DNA from: a virus
Taxonomy: Duplodnaviria > Caudoviricetes
Length of the DNA stretch: 40,413 nt
Virus record (IMG/VR): IMGVR_UViG_3300037473_000050
Coordinates: 1-40,413 of that record
Reading direction: 5' to 3' (one strand)
Part shown: positions 16,109 to 24,062 of the stretch, piece by piece
How the letters are laid out: every line of letters starts with the position of its first letter
Numbering within the stretch: position 1 is the first letter of the stretch
Notes under the pieces: model-generated
Database searches by the model: none
What the model saw: only the letters and a program-made list of their open reading frames with translations
Told to the model about the DNA's origin: nothing
Made by a program: the position numbers and the translations under genes

Positions 16109-17002
16109 ATGCAGAGCACGGACACCGTGCGGTCGCTGCTCGACCGCTATCTCAACGAGAACCTGATTGCCTACGACGTGAAAACGCGGGGCAAATACGA
16201 GGTGGCTATCCGCCGGCTGGAGCGAACTCTTGGGGAAGAGGCCACGCTCTCGCACCTGACGAACAGCCACCTCGCGCGCATGATGGGCGACATGGATCGT
16301 CAGGGACGATCGCGGCCGACGACGAACGGATACAGAGCCAAATTGGTAGCTCTCTGGACATGGGCTTGCAAACAGGGATGGCTGCAAACGTGGCCCAGCG
16401 TCAAGAAGCTGCCCGAGTCTCGACGTTCTCCGGTCGCGTGGAGCGCTAATGAGATCGGCATCCTGTGGAGGTCTCTTGATGCAATTCCCGGATTCGTCGG
16501 CGGAATCCGCGCTTCCCTCTGGTGGAAGGCATACCTTTTGACCGCGTGGGACACCGGAGAAAGACATTCCGCCCGACTGGCGATGGAATGGCACCATTTC
16601 ACGGACTGGGATCAGGGACGCGGCGTCATCCCTGCAGAGGTTCGCAAGGGGCGTTCAGCCGACTTGCCTTTCTCCCTGCACCGGGACACGATGACGATCC
16701 TGCAGAAGATTCGCAGCCTCGATGCAGAGCGTCCCTTGCCGTGGCCCTACAGCGAATGCCTGTTCTGGATTCGCTTCCGCAAGGTGCTCAAGCGTGCCGG
16801 GCTGCCGTCGACCAGCAAGCACATGAGCCACTGCCTCAGGCGTTCCGTAGCAACGCATCTCGTTCGCGGGGGAGCCGACAGAGCGTCCGTCTCAGGCGTC
16901 CTCGGACAGAAGGACTTGACGGTCATTGACCTCTACCTGGATGGCACGATGCTGCCGGGAACGATTCCCCACGAGCGACTGTTCCGCCCGTGGGATGCGT
17001 AA
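16109..17002 (+). CDS. int: tyrosine recombinase / integrase
   Basis: Core-binding-type N-terminal region, then DTGER, RKG, HCLRR, LGQ and LYL catalytic motifs. Confidence 0.9.
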   Translation: MQSTDTVRSLLDRYLNENLIAYDVKTRGKYEVAIRRLERTLGEEATLSHLTNSHLARMMGDMDRQGRSRPTTNGYRAKLVALWTWACKQGWLQTWPSVKKLPESRRSPVAWSANEIGILWRSLDAIPGFVGGIRASLWWKAYLLTAWDTGERHSARLAMEWHHFTDWDQGRGVIPAEVRKGRSADLPFSLHRDTMTILQKIRSLDAERPLPWPYSECLFWIRFRKVLKRAGLPSTSKHMSHCLRRSVATHLVRGGADRASVSGVLGQKDLTVIDLYLDGTMLPGTIPHERLFRPWDA

Positions 17003-17035
17003 GACCGCGAGGGGCTGCCCGCCGACTCGCGGTTG

Positions 17036-17083
17036 CCCCCGTCCTGCCAGCGGCGTTGTGGTGGGACGGGGGATGTCTTTTTT
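17036..17083 (+). terminator. intrinsic terminator after the integrase
   Basis: CCCCCGTCC...GGACGGGGG stem followed by TCTTTTTT. Confidence 0.7.
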
Positions 17084-17184
17084 GCTGTTCAGGTACTCCC
17101 CGCTCGGAATAGACTTCAGCTTACCTGTCCTGAATCGGTAGAATCTGCTGTTCGTGGTTCACTCAGTCGCACGGAGACAACGGA

Positions 17185-17481
17185 ATGGCGTTCATCGTCT
17201 GCGGCACATGCAACACCACTCGCGGACGAATGCACGATCCGTCTGCTCGCTGGTGGCAGTTCTGGAAAACCATCGAGTGCCCGACGTGTCACGGTGACGG
17301 ACATGCTCGTCCGCCGAATATGCCGTCGCCTGAGGAGCGGTTCGGGAAAGAGGCATATCGCGAATACGTCCGTCAGTGCAAAGGCATGCCGCCACCTCCG
17401 CCGCTTGGTGGCGAGACTGGTGACGCCTACTTCAAGCGAACAGGCATTCGTGGACTCGTCCCGCTGGAGCACAGTCGTTGA
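17185..17481 (+). CDS. small Zn-finger protein
   Basis: CGTC...CPTCHGDG; GGAG SD; TAGAAT -10 at 17139-17144. Confidence 0.55.
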   Translation: MAFIVCGTCNTTRGRMHDPSARWWQFWKTIECPTCHGDGHARPPNMPSPEERFGKEAYREYVRQCKGMPPPPPLGGETGDAYFKRTGIRGLVPLEHSR

Positions 17482-17521
17482 CGTTGCCCGTGGCGTGGAG
17501 GCGGGGTACAGTCGGGGAATC

Positions 17522-17824
17522 ATGGCAGTCAAAGACATCTCCGACGCTCTGGTTTGCCAAGCCTACGAACGATTCGCAGACGACAAGTCTCGCTGGCCAT
17601 ACGACCTGCTTCAGCAGTGGACCGGGCAGCCTTTCAAGGTCTGCTATCGCGCGATGGAGCGTGCCGACCGCCACGGGCTGATTGAATGGGGCGTGTCGTT
17701 GCGTGCTGGATGGTTGACGCAGAGCGGACTGGAAATACTTGCGCTGAACAGGAGCTTCGGTGGAACTGCCGATGCGGATGCACAGTCGATCGTAGCGGTA
17801 TTGGATGGGGAGAAAGCCCCATGA
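17522..17824 (+). CDS. hypothetical winged-helix-like phage protein
   Basis: ATG 17522 (MAVKDISD...KVCYRAMERADRHGLIEWGVSLRAGWLT); promoter TTGCCC-N17-TACAGT at 17484-17512. Confidence 0.6.
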   Translation: MAVKDISDALVCQAYERFADDKSRWPYDLLQQWTGQPFKVCYRAMERADRHGLIEWGVSLRAGWLTQSGLEILALNRSFGGTADADAQSIVAVLDGEKAP

Positions 17825-18003
17825 ACGCCAACGAACGCATCCGCACCTGCCTTCCGGGGTTATCGTTCCTCGTTCTGGAGAACCCCCACGGTCCGGGGTT
17901 CATCCTCTGCACGGTCGACAAGCTCGGATATCAGATCCTGCTGTTTCACCATGACGCGAGTTCTCCGGGCGTGTTGTTCACGGGGTGGCCGCGAGAGGAT
18001 TGA
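17821..18003 (+). CDS. hypothetical protein
   Basis: ATGA overlap with the previous gene; MNANERIRT. Confidence 0.4.
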   Translation: MNANERIRTCLPGLSFLVLENPHGPGFILCTVDKLGYQILLFHHDASSPGVLFTGWPRED

Positions 18004-18005
18004 GC

Positions 18006-18245
18006 ATGACAGAGCCGCTGCGGATATCGGTGGAGATTGCCCGTGAGATGCTCGAATTCGACATCCACGAGAGCCCCTATGCCTTCAAGCGCACGGGGAT
18101 TGCCCATTTGGTGGATGAGCGAGTGAAGCCGCTGGTTGAGCTGCTGAAGCGATCCCGGCACATGCTGGAGGCGACAGGCTATCAGCACACCACGCCGACG
18201 ATTGTGGAGATCGACGCCGCTCTGAAGGACGCAGGTGTGGAATGA
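18006..18245 (+). CDS. hypothetical protein
   Basis: MTEPLRIS start after GAGGA. Confidence 0.45.
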   Translation: MTEPLRISVEIAREMLEFDIHESPYAFKRTGIAHLVDERVKPLVELLKRSRHMLEATGYQHTTPTIVEIDAALKDAGVE

Positions 18246-18289
18246 GCCCCGGTTGACTTGCGGCGGCGGGTGGGGCAGGATGGCGGGCT

Positions 18290-18700
18290 ATGGGCTCCTT
18301 CAGAACCACATTCGGCGGCACTCTGGGCATCATTGCCGCCTTGGTATTCGCGGCGCTTCTGTGCTGCGGCGGATTTACCTGGATGGCTCAGCGTGGGCGT
18401 GAGCAGCGGGAACAGCCAGTGCGCGTCATCGACCAGAATACTCGCCCGGCACCGGCGGCCGTTCCTGTTGTTGACGAACTTCCAACCGAGCCGGAGGAAC
18501 CGGAACCCGTCCCCGATCCGCAGCGCATCCCGCTCGGCAACGAAGCCAAAGCCGCGTCCAAGTTGAGCGGTGCCAAATCTCTCTTGGGGAGTGGCAAGAA
18601 AGACGCTGGACGACGATGGCTGAAGGAAGTTGTCGAGCAGTATCCGGGGACGGAGGCTGCGCACGAGGCGAATAGGTTGCTATCGCCTTCTGGCAAGTAG
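18290..18700 (+). CDS. membrane-anchored protein with C-terminal TPR-like hairpin
   Basis: N-terminal TM segment, Pro/Glu linker, AKSLL...AGRRWLKEVVEQYPGTEAAHEA; promoter TTGACT-N17-CAGGAT at 18253-18281. Confidence 0.65.
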   Translation: MGSFRTTFGGTLGIIAALVFAALLCCGGFTWMAQRGREQREQPVRVIDQNTRPAPAAVPVVDELPTEPEEPEPVPDPQRIPLGNEAKAASKLSGAKSLLGSGKKDAGRRWLKEVVEQYPGTEAAHEANRLLSPSGK

Positions 18701-18850
18701 ACCTGCGCAGACCAAGCTCAGAACCCCGAACACAAATCCCCCAACGAGCAACCAGCCCCAGCCTGGGGCCGTGTTCCAGTGGTGCTCTGATACCCGCAGG
18801 TGCAGGCGGTTCGCGGCATCAACCCAAACTGGCGAAGAGATTGCAATCAT
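18680..18850 (-). CDS. small membrane protein coupled to the pseudopilin
   Basis: ATGA overlap with the pilin stop; C-terminal TM segment WGWLLVGGFVFGVLSLVCAGLLARRR. Confidence 0.5.
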   Translation of the reverse strand: MIAISSPVWVDAANRLHLRVSEHHWNTAPGWGWLLVGGFVFGVLSLVCAGLLARRR

Positions 18851-20649
18851 GGCCCGCTCGGCTTGAGGGAGTGAACGGCGGTAATATCCCGTAGCTGCTG
18901 AGTCGTGGGATCGAGGAACGTGATCTTGATCTGGATGGCTTTCAGTGGGCGGCGGCGGGGATTGAAGCCGACGACTGCCGGCACGTTCGTAGCACGGAAT
19001 GGCGGCGGAGAGGCGAGCGCCGGACACCACGTATCGAAGCGGTACAGATTCGTTCCGAGCTTGTTGACATTCACCGGGCAGTAGGTGCTGTTCGCCAGCT
19101 TGTTCCGCGAATAGAACGAAACGTCCGTTCCGGCTGGAAGAAATCCGTTATGCCCAAGATCGACGAATGCCCCATCGTCAGAGCCGGGCCAGCCGATTTC
19201 TCCGGAGATGTCCGCCATATTCGTGCCGCCCGCCTGATTGTCGTCAGCCTCATTAACCGCCAGTGTCGACGTGTCGTCATTCGCGAATCCAGGCTGGCCG
19301 TCAGGGCCGAAGCTCGCCCCGTCATCCCAGACTTTGATGTCGAACCGCATGACGTTCGTCATCAGAATGTCCTCGCCCACGCGCGAGCCGCCTTTGTACT
19401 GCTCCACTCTTCCAGTGTTTGCATCGTAAGTCAGTGCGGCACCGGCTGGCGTGTCGTCCATCGGGTTCGGGTAGGTGCTCCCCGGCAGCCCGACCTTTCC
19501 GGGATAGCCAAAGAACTGGATTGCGCCAGTGGTCGACATGAATGACGTTTCTTCGTGGGTGAATCGCCCGATAAAGTCCGCCTGCGTCGGGCTTTTTGCA
19601 ATGAACTCTCGCGGGAGCCCGTTGCCGACGTTGTGCCCGAAACGGAATGAGGGATTTCCGAGTGAATAGGTGCCGTCCCATGCGAGACTGTTAGGGGCGG
19701 TGTTTGTCGCGTGAAACTGGAACACGCCAGCTTGCGGGAAACCGGAATAGTCGAAATAGCTATAGAAGTTCCGCGGCTGTGATGCGCTTGATCCGTAGAA
19801 TTCGTCCCTGAGATTCGCACCACTGGCATCCTTCGGCTGTGCGTCTGTGGCCGGTGGAGTTCCGGGAGCCGTGCGGATCAGCAGCACGCGACGATAAAGA
19901 GTTCCCTTGCGGAGGAAATAGGATACCTCTGCAGCCGATGATGCACCTGCCCCGTTCGGCAACCCGATAATCCCATCATCGAACTCCGGCTGGTTCACCC
20001 AGTAATTTCCGGGGTTAGCTGGCTGTGGTTGCCCGGTCGGTGGTGGCATTGAGCCGGGATAGGCTGTTGATCCTCCGGGTCCGTAGAAGCCGTTGACCGA
20101 ATCCGGTAGGAGCACGCGGGCCGCGCCGTAGAATGGATCTTCGCCGGTCGGGAGCTTGACCGTAAGCTGTAGAATGTCGTCCGTGTCGTCGTCCGGGTCG
20201 TTCTCGGCGATGTAGAGGTAGCCGCCTCGCTGGTTCGCATTCGCCTCCACTGGGAAGCTCAACGTGTCTTCTCCCGAGGCCCACGGCCCAACGTCCTGCA
20301 TCGTGCGGTTTGTGATGTCGTTCCGCAGCAGCGTCATTACCAGACGAACTTTCTGATCGTTCTCGGCGGTTCCCTTTTGGGCTCCCATCGTGGCGGTCGC
20401 AAATTGGAAGATTTGCGCGAACAGCGCCATCATCAGAACGACGAGCCCGACCGCCACCAGCATTTCGACCAGGGTGAAGCCTGCCCTCGCCATCCGACGC
20501 GCCTTGATCCTGTCCGACTCCAGCATTACCGCGGACAGCCGTTCCGCCTTGAGCCTCTGCCGTTCCTCATATGGAAGATCGGAAGCACCCTTAAGCGTCT
20601 GGCAATAGGCGTCGAACAGGCGAACGATTCTGGGAATCCTGCGTTTCAT
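18847..20649 (-). CDS. prepilin-type N-terminal cleavage/methylation protein (large PulJ/PilW-like pseudopilin)
   Basis: RRMARAG|FTLVEMLVAVGLVVLMMALFAQIF class III signal; GPDGQPG...DDN...EIGWPGSDD motif of planctomycete pseudopilins; start uncertain. Confidence 0.85.
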   Translation of the reverse strand: MKRRIPRIVRLFDAYCQTLKGASDLPYEERQRLKAERLSAVMLESDRIKARRMARAGFTLVEMLVAVGLVVLMMALFAQIFQFATATMGAQKGTAENDQKVRLVMTLLRNDITNRTMQDVGPWASGEDTLSFPVEANANQRGGYLYIAENDPDDDTDDILQLTVKLPTGEDPFYGAARVLLPDSVNGFYGPGGSTAYPGSMPPPTGQPQPANPGNYWVNQPEFDDGIIGLPNGAGASSAAEVSYFLRKGTLYRRVLLIRTAPGTPPATDAQPKDASGANLRDEFYGSSASQPRNFYSYFDYSGFPQAGVFQFHATNTAPNSLAWDGTYSLGNPSFRFGHNVGNGLPREFIAKSPTQADFIGRFTHEETSFMSTTGAIQFFGYPGKVGLPGSTYPNPMDDTPAGAALTYDANTGRVEQYKGGSRVGEDILMTNVMRFDIKVWDDGASFGPDGQPGFANDDTSTLAVNEADDNQAGGTNMADISGEIGWPGSDDGAFVDLGHNGFLPAGTDVSFYSRNKLANSTYCPVNVNKLGTNLYRFDTWCPALASPPPFRATNVPAVVGFNPRRRPLKAIQIKITFLDPTTQQLRDITAVHSLKPSGP

Positions 20650-20657
20650 GCGAGCAC

Positions 20658-20797
20658 CAAAACAGAACCCCGCCGCTGCCGGTGGTACGCGACAGGGCGG
20701 GGTTGTGACCTCGGGAGAGGCCGGTTCAGAGGCTCGGTACCACCGCGAGCCAATTGCGTCAACGGATATTATCGTCCGGCGGATCACCGGGCGGCAA
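20658..20797 (-). promoter_or_regulatory. promoter plus structured attenuator leader of the pseudopilin
   Basis: TTGCCG-N18-GATAAT; three hairpins; terminator AACCCCGCC/GGCGGGGUU + CUGUUUU; 9-nt loop-loop complementarity. Confidence 0.6.
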
Positions 20798-21022
20798 GCC
20801 CGGAATGGCCGGCCATCGGCCGTCAGGGCAGGTGAACGCCCTTCCGCGAGCCTTTAACTGGATGACGCAACCGCAGATTCCGCAAATAACTCCGTGTCGT
20901 CTGCCACAAACGTCAGATTCGCAGATTCTGAGGCGCTCGGCGTACTGGTCGCGCGAAACTGTTGCGCAACCGTCCGCAACGAATTTGGCGACAGATTCAG
21001 CAAAGGCGATGATTCGCAGCAT
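20759..21022 (-). CDS. small Cys-rich protein (DUF6171-like)
   Basis: YAERLRICESDVC...CGICGC...KA....TCPDGRW pattern. Confidence 0.65.
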   Translation of the reverse strand: MLRIIAFAESVAKFVADGCATVSRDQYAERLRICESDVCGRRHGVICGICGCVIQLKARGRAFTCPDGRWPAIPGLPPGDPPDDNIR

Positions 21023-21657
21023 TTCAGCAGTTCCGCGCCTTCAGCCGGAGAGAGTTCCAGAGGTTTCGGCAAATCTACCATGAACTCAAGATACCAGTTC
21101 ACGCAGCGAGTTTTCGCATCATCGTTTGCAAGACATTGGCTCCATATTTCCTTTCGCTGCGGCACCGGAAGACATTGGATCATTTCAAGCGTCGTTCGCT
21201 GCGGCGATCCGGCAGTCATAAGGTCGAGCGCAAGCATTGCGCGAATCTGATGGTCCCAGAATTCAACGTCCAGTTCTCGCAACTTATCGGCAGTCGGCGG
21301 ACTTTTGTCAAAATCCAATGCTCGATGCAAGGAGGCTGCAATCCCATAGAAGCGAAGGAACTCCCGCTGCACTTCGGCATCATCGAGCATTCCCGACAAT
21401 TCAGACTGGCGTACCCGAATTGCTTTCATGGCCGCTCGCTTTGAATCGCCGGCAGAGTACCGCTTACGTCTCTCTGCCTGCAATTCACGTCGCTGCCAGC
21501 GATCGCACAGCGACACCCACCGCGTCATCAATTCTCGACATGCCTGTCGATAGCAGCCGTAGAGTGTTCCCCCGGCGCGGACCGTAATAAATCGGTCCAT
21601 CTGAAACTCTGAATGGTGCATTTGTGCATGAAGCAGAAGCGCATCAAGGCCAATCAT
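20854..21657 (-). CDS. helical protein, probable partner/chaperone of the Kelch protein
   Basis: ATGA overlap with the Kelch stop; HSEFQMDRFIT...TLYGCYRQACRELMTRW. Confidence 0.55.
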   Translation of the reverse strand: MIGLDALLLHAQMHHSEFQMDRFITVRAGGTLYGCYRQACRELMTRWVSLCDRWQRRELQAERRKRYSAGDSKRAAMKAIRVRQSELSGMLDDAEVQREFLRFYGIAASLHRALDFDKSPPTADKLRELDVEFWDHQIRAMLALDLMTAGSPQRTTLEMIQCLPVPQRKEIWSQCLANDDAKTRCVNWYLEFMVDLPKPLELSPAEGAELLKCCESSPLLNLSPNSLRTVAQQFRATSTPSASESANLTFVADDTELFAESAVASSS

Positions 21658-22616
21658 GCGAGAGTCGACCCTCCTGAATAGTGGTTTGCAGACAGGTTCG
21701 TTTTGGTGGTCCACGCATCGGGGACGTATGAATAGTTTGCCTTCAGGGAATTCAGTCCGCCCATTGAAAAAGCCGCGCTCGTCCCATTGGTGACAGCGCA
21801 GAATCCATTCGCGGTCGGTATCCCTGTCATCGTTGTGTATGAATTCGTTCCCGGCGTAAACTTCTCAAGCAGCGTCAAATAAGAGCCGTTATAACCCGCC
21901 GAAACAAAACCGTCTGACCCATTCGTGAATGCGCCGACGTATCCTCTTGTCGTTGATGACGTCGCTTTTGCAGTCCATGTGTTTGATGAGTCGTCGAACT
22001 CGCTCATATTCCCGTAATAGGCGGTGGCGAGCCACGAAGCCCGGCCTGAAGCCTGGTATCCCTTTCCTCCACTGACGAAACCACAGGTATCGCCCCGCGG
22101 GGCAGTTGCATTCGTCGCTCGCCCTGACCACGAATCAGCGCCAATGTCATACCGATCGGCCCTTCCTGTTTCTGGGGCACCTGCTTGGTCGCCGCTCCCG
22201 CCAAGAAGAATTTCGTATCCGCCAATGCTCAATGCAGCATGGTGCGCCCTGGATCGCGGCGTTACAGCAATCTGAGGAACATTTGCCTTGGTACTCCAAG
22301 ACCCCGACGAGTATGCTTCGTGCCGGTAATAATCGACTGAGTCCACGCCACCGCTGACATAGATAATTCCTCCGATCGTCACTACGCCTGCATCGTTTCT
22401 CGCATTTGTGATAGAGACGCCAGTCGAGAAGGAGTCGCCGGATTCAGAATATAGATCCATCCTCGTCGAGCTCACCCCGGCCCATACTCCAGTCGGAAGG
22501 TAAATCGTGCCTCCCGACGCGCAACAGCACTTCCCCTTCGGCAGCAATCCCGGGGGATCGATCCAAGGGCGTGCCCAGTCACGCGGCTCGTCGATGAAGC
22601 GTGGAATCACGGGCAT
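21654..22616 (-). CDS. Kelch-repeat beta-propeller protein, putative receptor-binding/tail protein
   Basis: About six repeats of GG...Y...W.T type (IYVSGG, LLGG, YQASG, FVSAG, FSMGG); N-terminal KCCC. Confidence 0.75.
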   Translation of the reverse strand: MPVIPRFIDEPRDWARPWIDPPGLLPKGKCCCASGGTIYLPTGVWAGVSSTRMDLYSESGDSFSTGVSITNARNDAGVVTIGGIIYVSGGVDSVDYYRHEAYSSGSWSTKANVPQIAVTPRSRAHHAALSIGGYEILLGGSGDQAGAPETGRADRYDIGADSWSGRATNATAPRGDTCGFVSGGKGYQASGRASWLATAYYGNMSEFDDSSNTWTAKATSSTTRGYVGAFTNGSDGFVSAGYNGSYLTLLEKFTPGTNSYTTMTGIPTANGFCAVTNGTSAAFSMGGLNSLKANYSYVPDAWTTKTNLSANHYSGGSTLA

Positions 22617-24061
22617 GTGTAGTGAGCCTGTTTGATGCGCCAGCCGACAGATCCGTCAGATTCTTGGTCCCACTCAACCTCGACCTTCGAGCCTGATGCC
22701 ACGGTCACGTCCAGCCCATTGAGCACGTTCGTCATGTCATAGTTGGTGTCCGTCGTGAACGGCGTGCTCCCCGAGGCGTTGCGGTAGTAGACGGAGACAG
22801 TCCCGAGCGCATCGGCAGCAATGTCGGCGTTGGCAACACCCGTAAACCGCAGGAACGGCTGCGGAGACACCAGCATGACGTAATTGTCCTGATCGAGCAC
22901 GCCGCGCACGATGAAACCACCCACGTTCTTGCGGAGTGCCCACGCATCTTGCTGGCTGTTCTCTTTTGGTCCCCACGTCTCACCGGCAGTCGGGGTTCCG
23001 TCCTGCGGGTCCCAGAGAACAGGGACGATTCCCTCCCGATAGCAGAGTCCGACGCCGGCCGGCTCTGGTCCATTGATGTAGTGCGAATACTGCGCACCAA
23101 AAGAGTTGTGGGTATTTCCGGACAAGATATTTGCCGAGCCTATGACTGTCGTTCCCGTCACGCGGAAACAACCATAGGCGGGAATCTCGTCTCCGGAATC
23201 ATTGAAAAACGCATAGCCGTCTCGGGTGATGCAATCAAGAACCTGATACCAGCGGACATTCCCGTTAACCGGCCTGTACCAAAATTCTCCATTTTCCCCA
23301 TACGCCGTATCGTTCGACAGCCACATCTGCGGGTTGACGGTCGCCTGGATCTTGATCCCCTGACACAAGTCACCACGTCCCGCGTGGCGGTCGCAGCGGA
23401 CCATCATGTATTCATCAACTGGATACTCCGCTTTTCCGGCATTGATCGCCGCTTGATTGACGGTAAGCCTCGCGGAGTAGAGATTCGCCTCGGTCGGGTC
23501 GTCGACCACCTTGTCGTCGATCTCCAGCGTCAGCACCGAGGGACCATTCGAGTTCCAGCCGTCGCGTTCGTTGCCGGAGATGATCACCCCCGGAAACACC
23601 GAGCCCGAACAGAACCGCAAGCGGATCAGCTCGAAGCCCGTGGCGCTGCCGACCGTCTCGTCAAAGTCGGACACGTCCTTCGACCGGAAATCGTCCCACG
23701 TCTGATCGTCGAGAATCCCCTGTTCGTCGAACACCCCCGCTTTGTCGATGGCGTCGTTGATCTTGAACAGCGCCCGGTTCGATAGCTGCTCGATGCCCGT
23801 GTCTGTCGTGGAACCGACGATGACGCAGATGCACACCGGTTCGAGACGCTCGGTGTCTTCCGGGTAACGTGGCGTGCCTTTCTTGAGCCGGGGACCGAAG
23901 ACGCATTGATAGAGGCGCGAGCCGGGACCGGGGGGGAACTTGGCACCCTTGCGCGTGCGCTGCTGCAAGCCGTTGATCGGCAAGTGCGACATCCGCTGCA
24001 TGTGCCGCAGGAACGTCGGATAGCTGTCCGTCGGGATTGTCAGGCCGGGATCGTCAGCCAT
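22607..24061 (-). CDS. tail-tip / minor tail protein (hypothetical)
   Basis: 484 aa; position between tail genes and the Kelch gene. Confidence 0.6.
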   Translation of the reverse strand: MADDPGLTIPTDSYPTFLRHMQRMSHLPINGLQQRTRKGAKFPPGPGSRLYQCVFGPRLKKGTPRYPEDTERLEPVCICVIVGSTTDTGIEQLSNRALFKINDAIDKAGVFDEQGILDDQTWDDFRSKDVSDFDETVGSATGFELIRLRFCSGSVFPGVIISGNERDGWNSNGPSVLTLEIDDKVVDDPTEANLYSARLTVNQAAINAGKAEYPVDEYMMVRCDRHAGRGDLCQGIKIQATVNPQMWLSNDTAYGENGEFWYRPVNGNVRWYQVLDCITRDGYAFFNDSGDEIPAYGCFRVTGTTVIGSANILSGNTHNSFGAQYSHYINGPEPAGVGLCYREGIVPVLWDPQDGTPTAGETWGPKENSQQDAWALRKNVGGFIVRGVLDQDNYVMLVSPQPFLRFTGVANADIAADALGTVSVYYRNASGSTPFTTDTNYDMTNVLNGLDVTVASGSKVEVEWDQESDGSVGWRIKQAHYTCP

Positions 24062-24062
24062 C

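Noticed and set aside
17005-17072. Possible kissing loops CGCCG/CGGCG between two hairpins after int
   Set aside because: Only 5 GC bp; likely by chance at this GC content
17033-17521. N-terminal extension of the 263-aa ORF
   Set aside because: Crosses a terminator and another gene; a promoter and ATG at 17522 fit better
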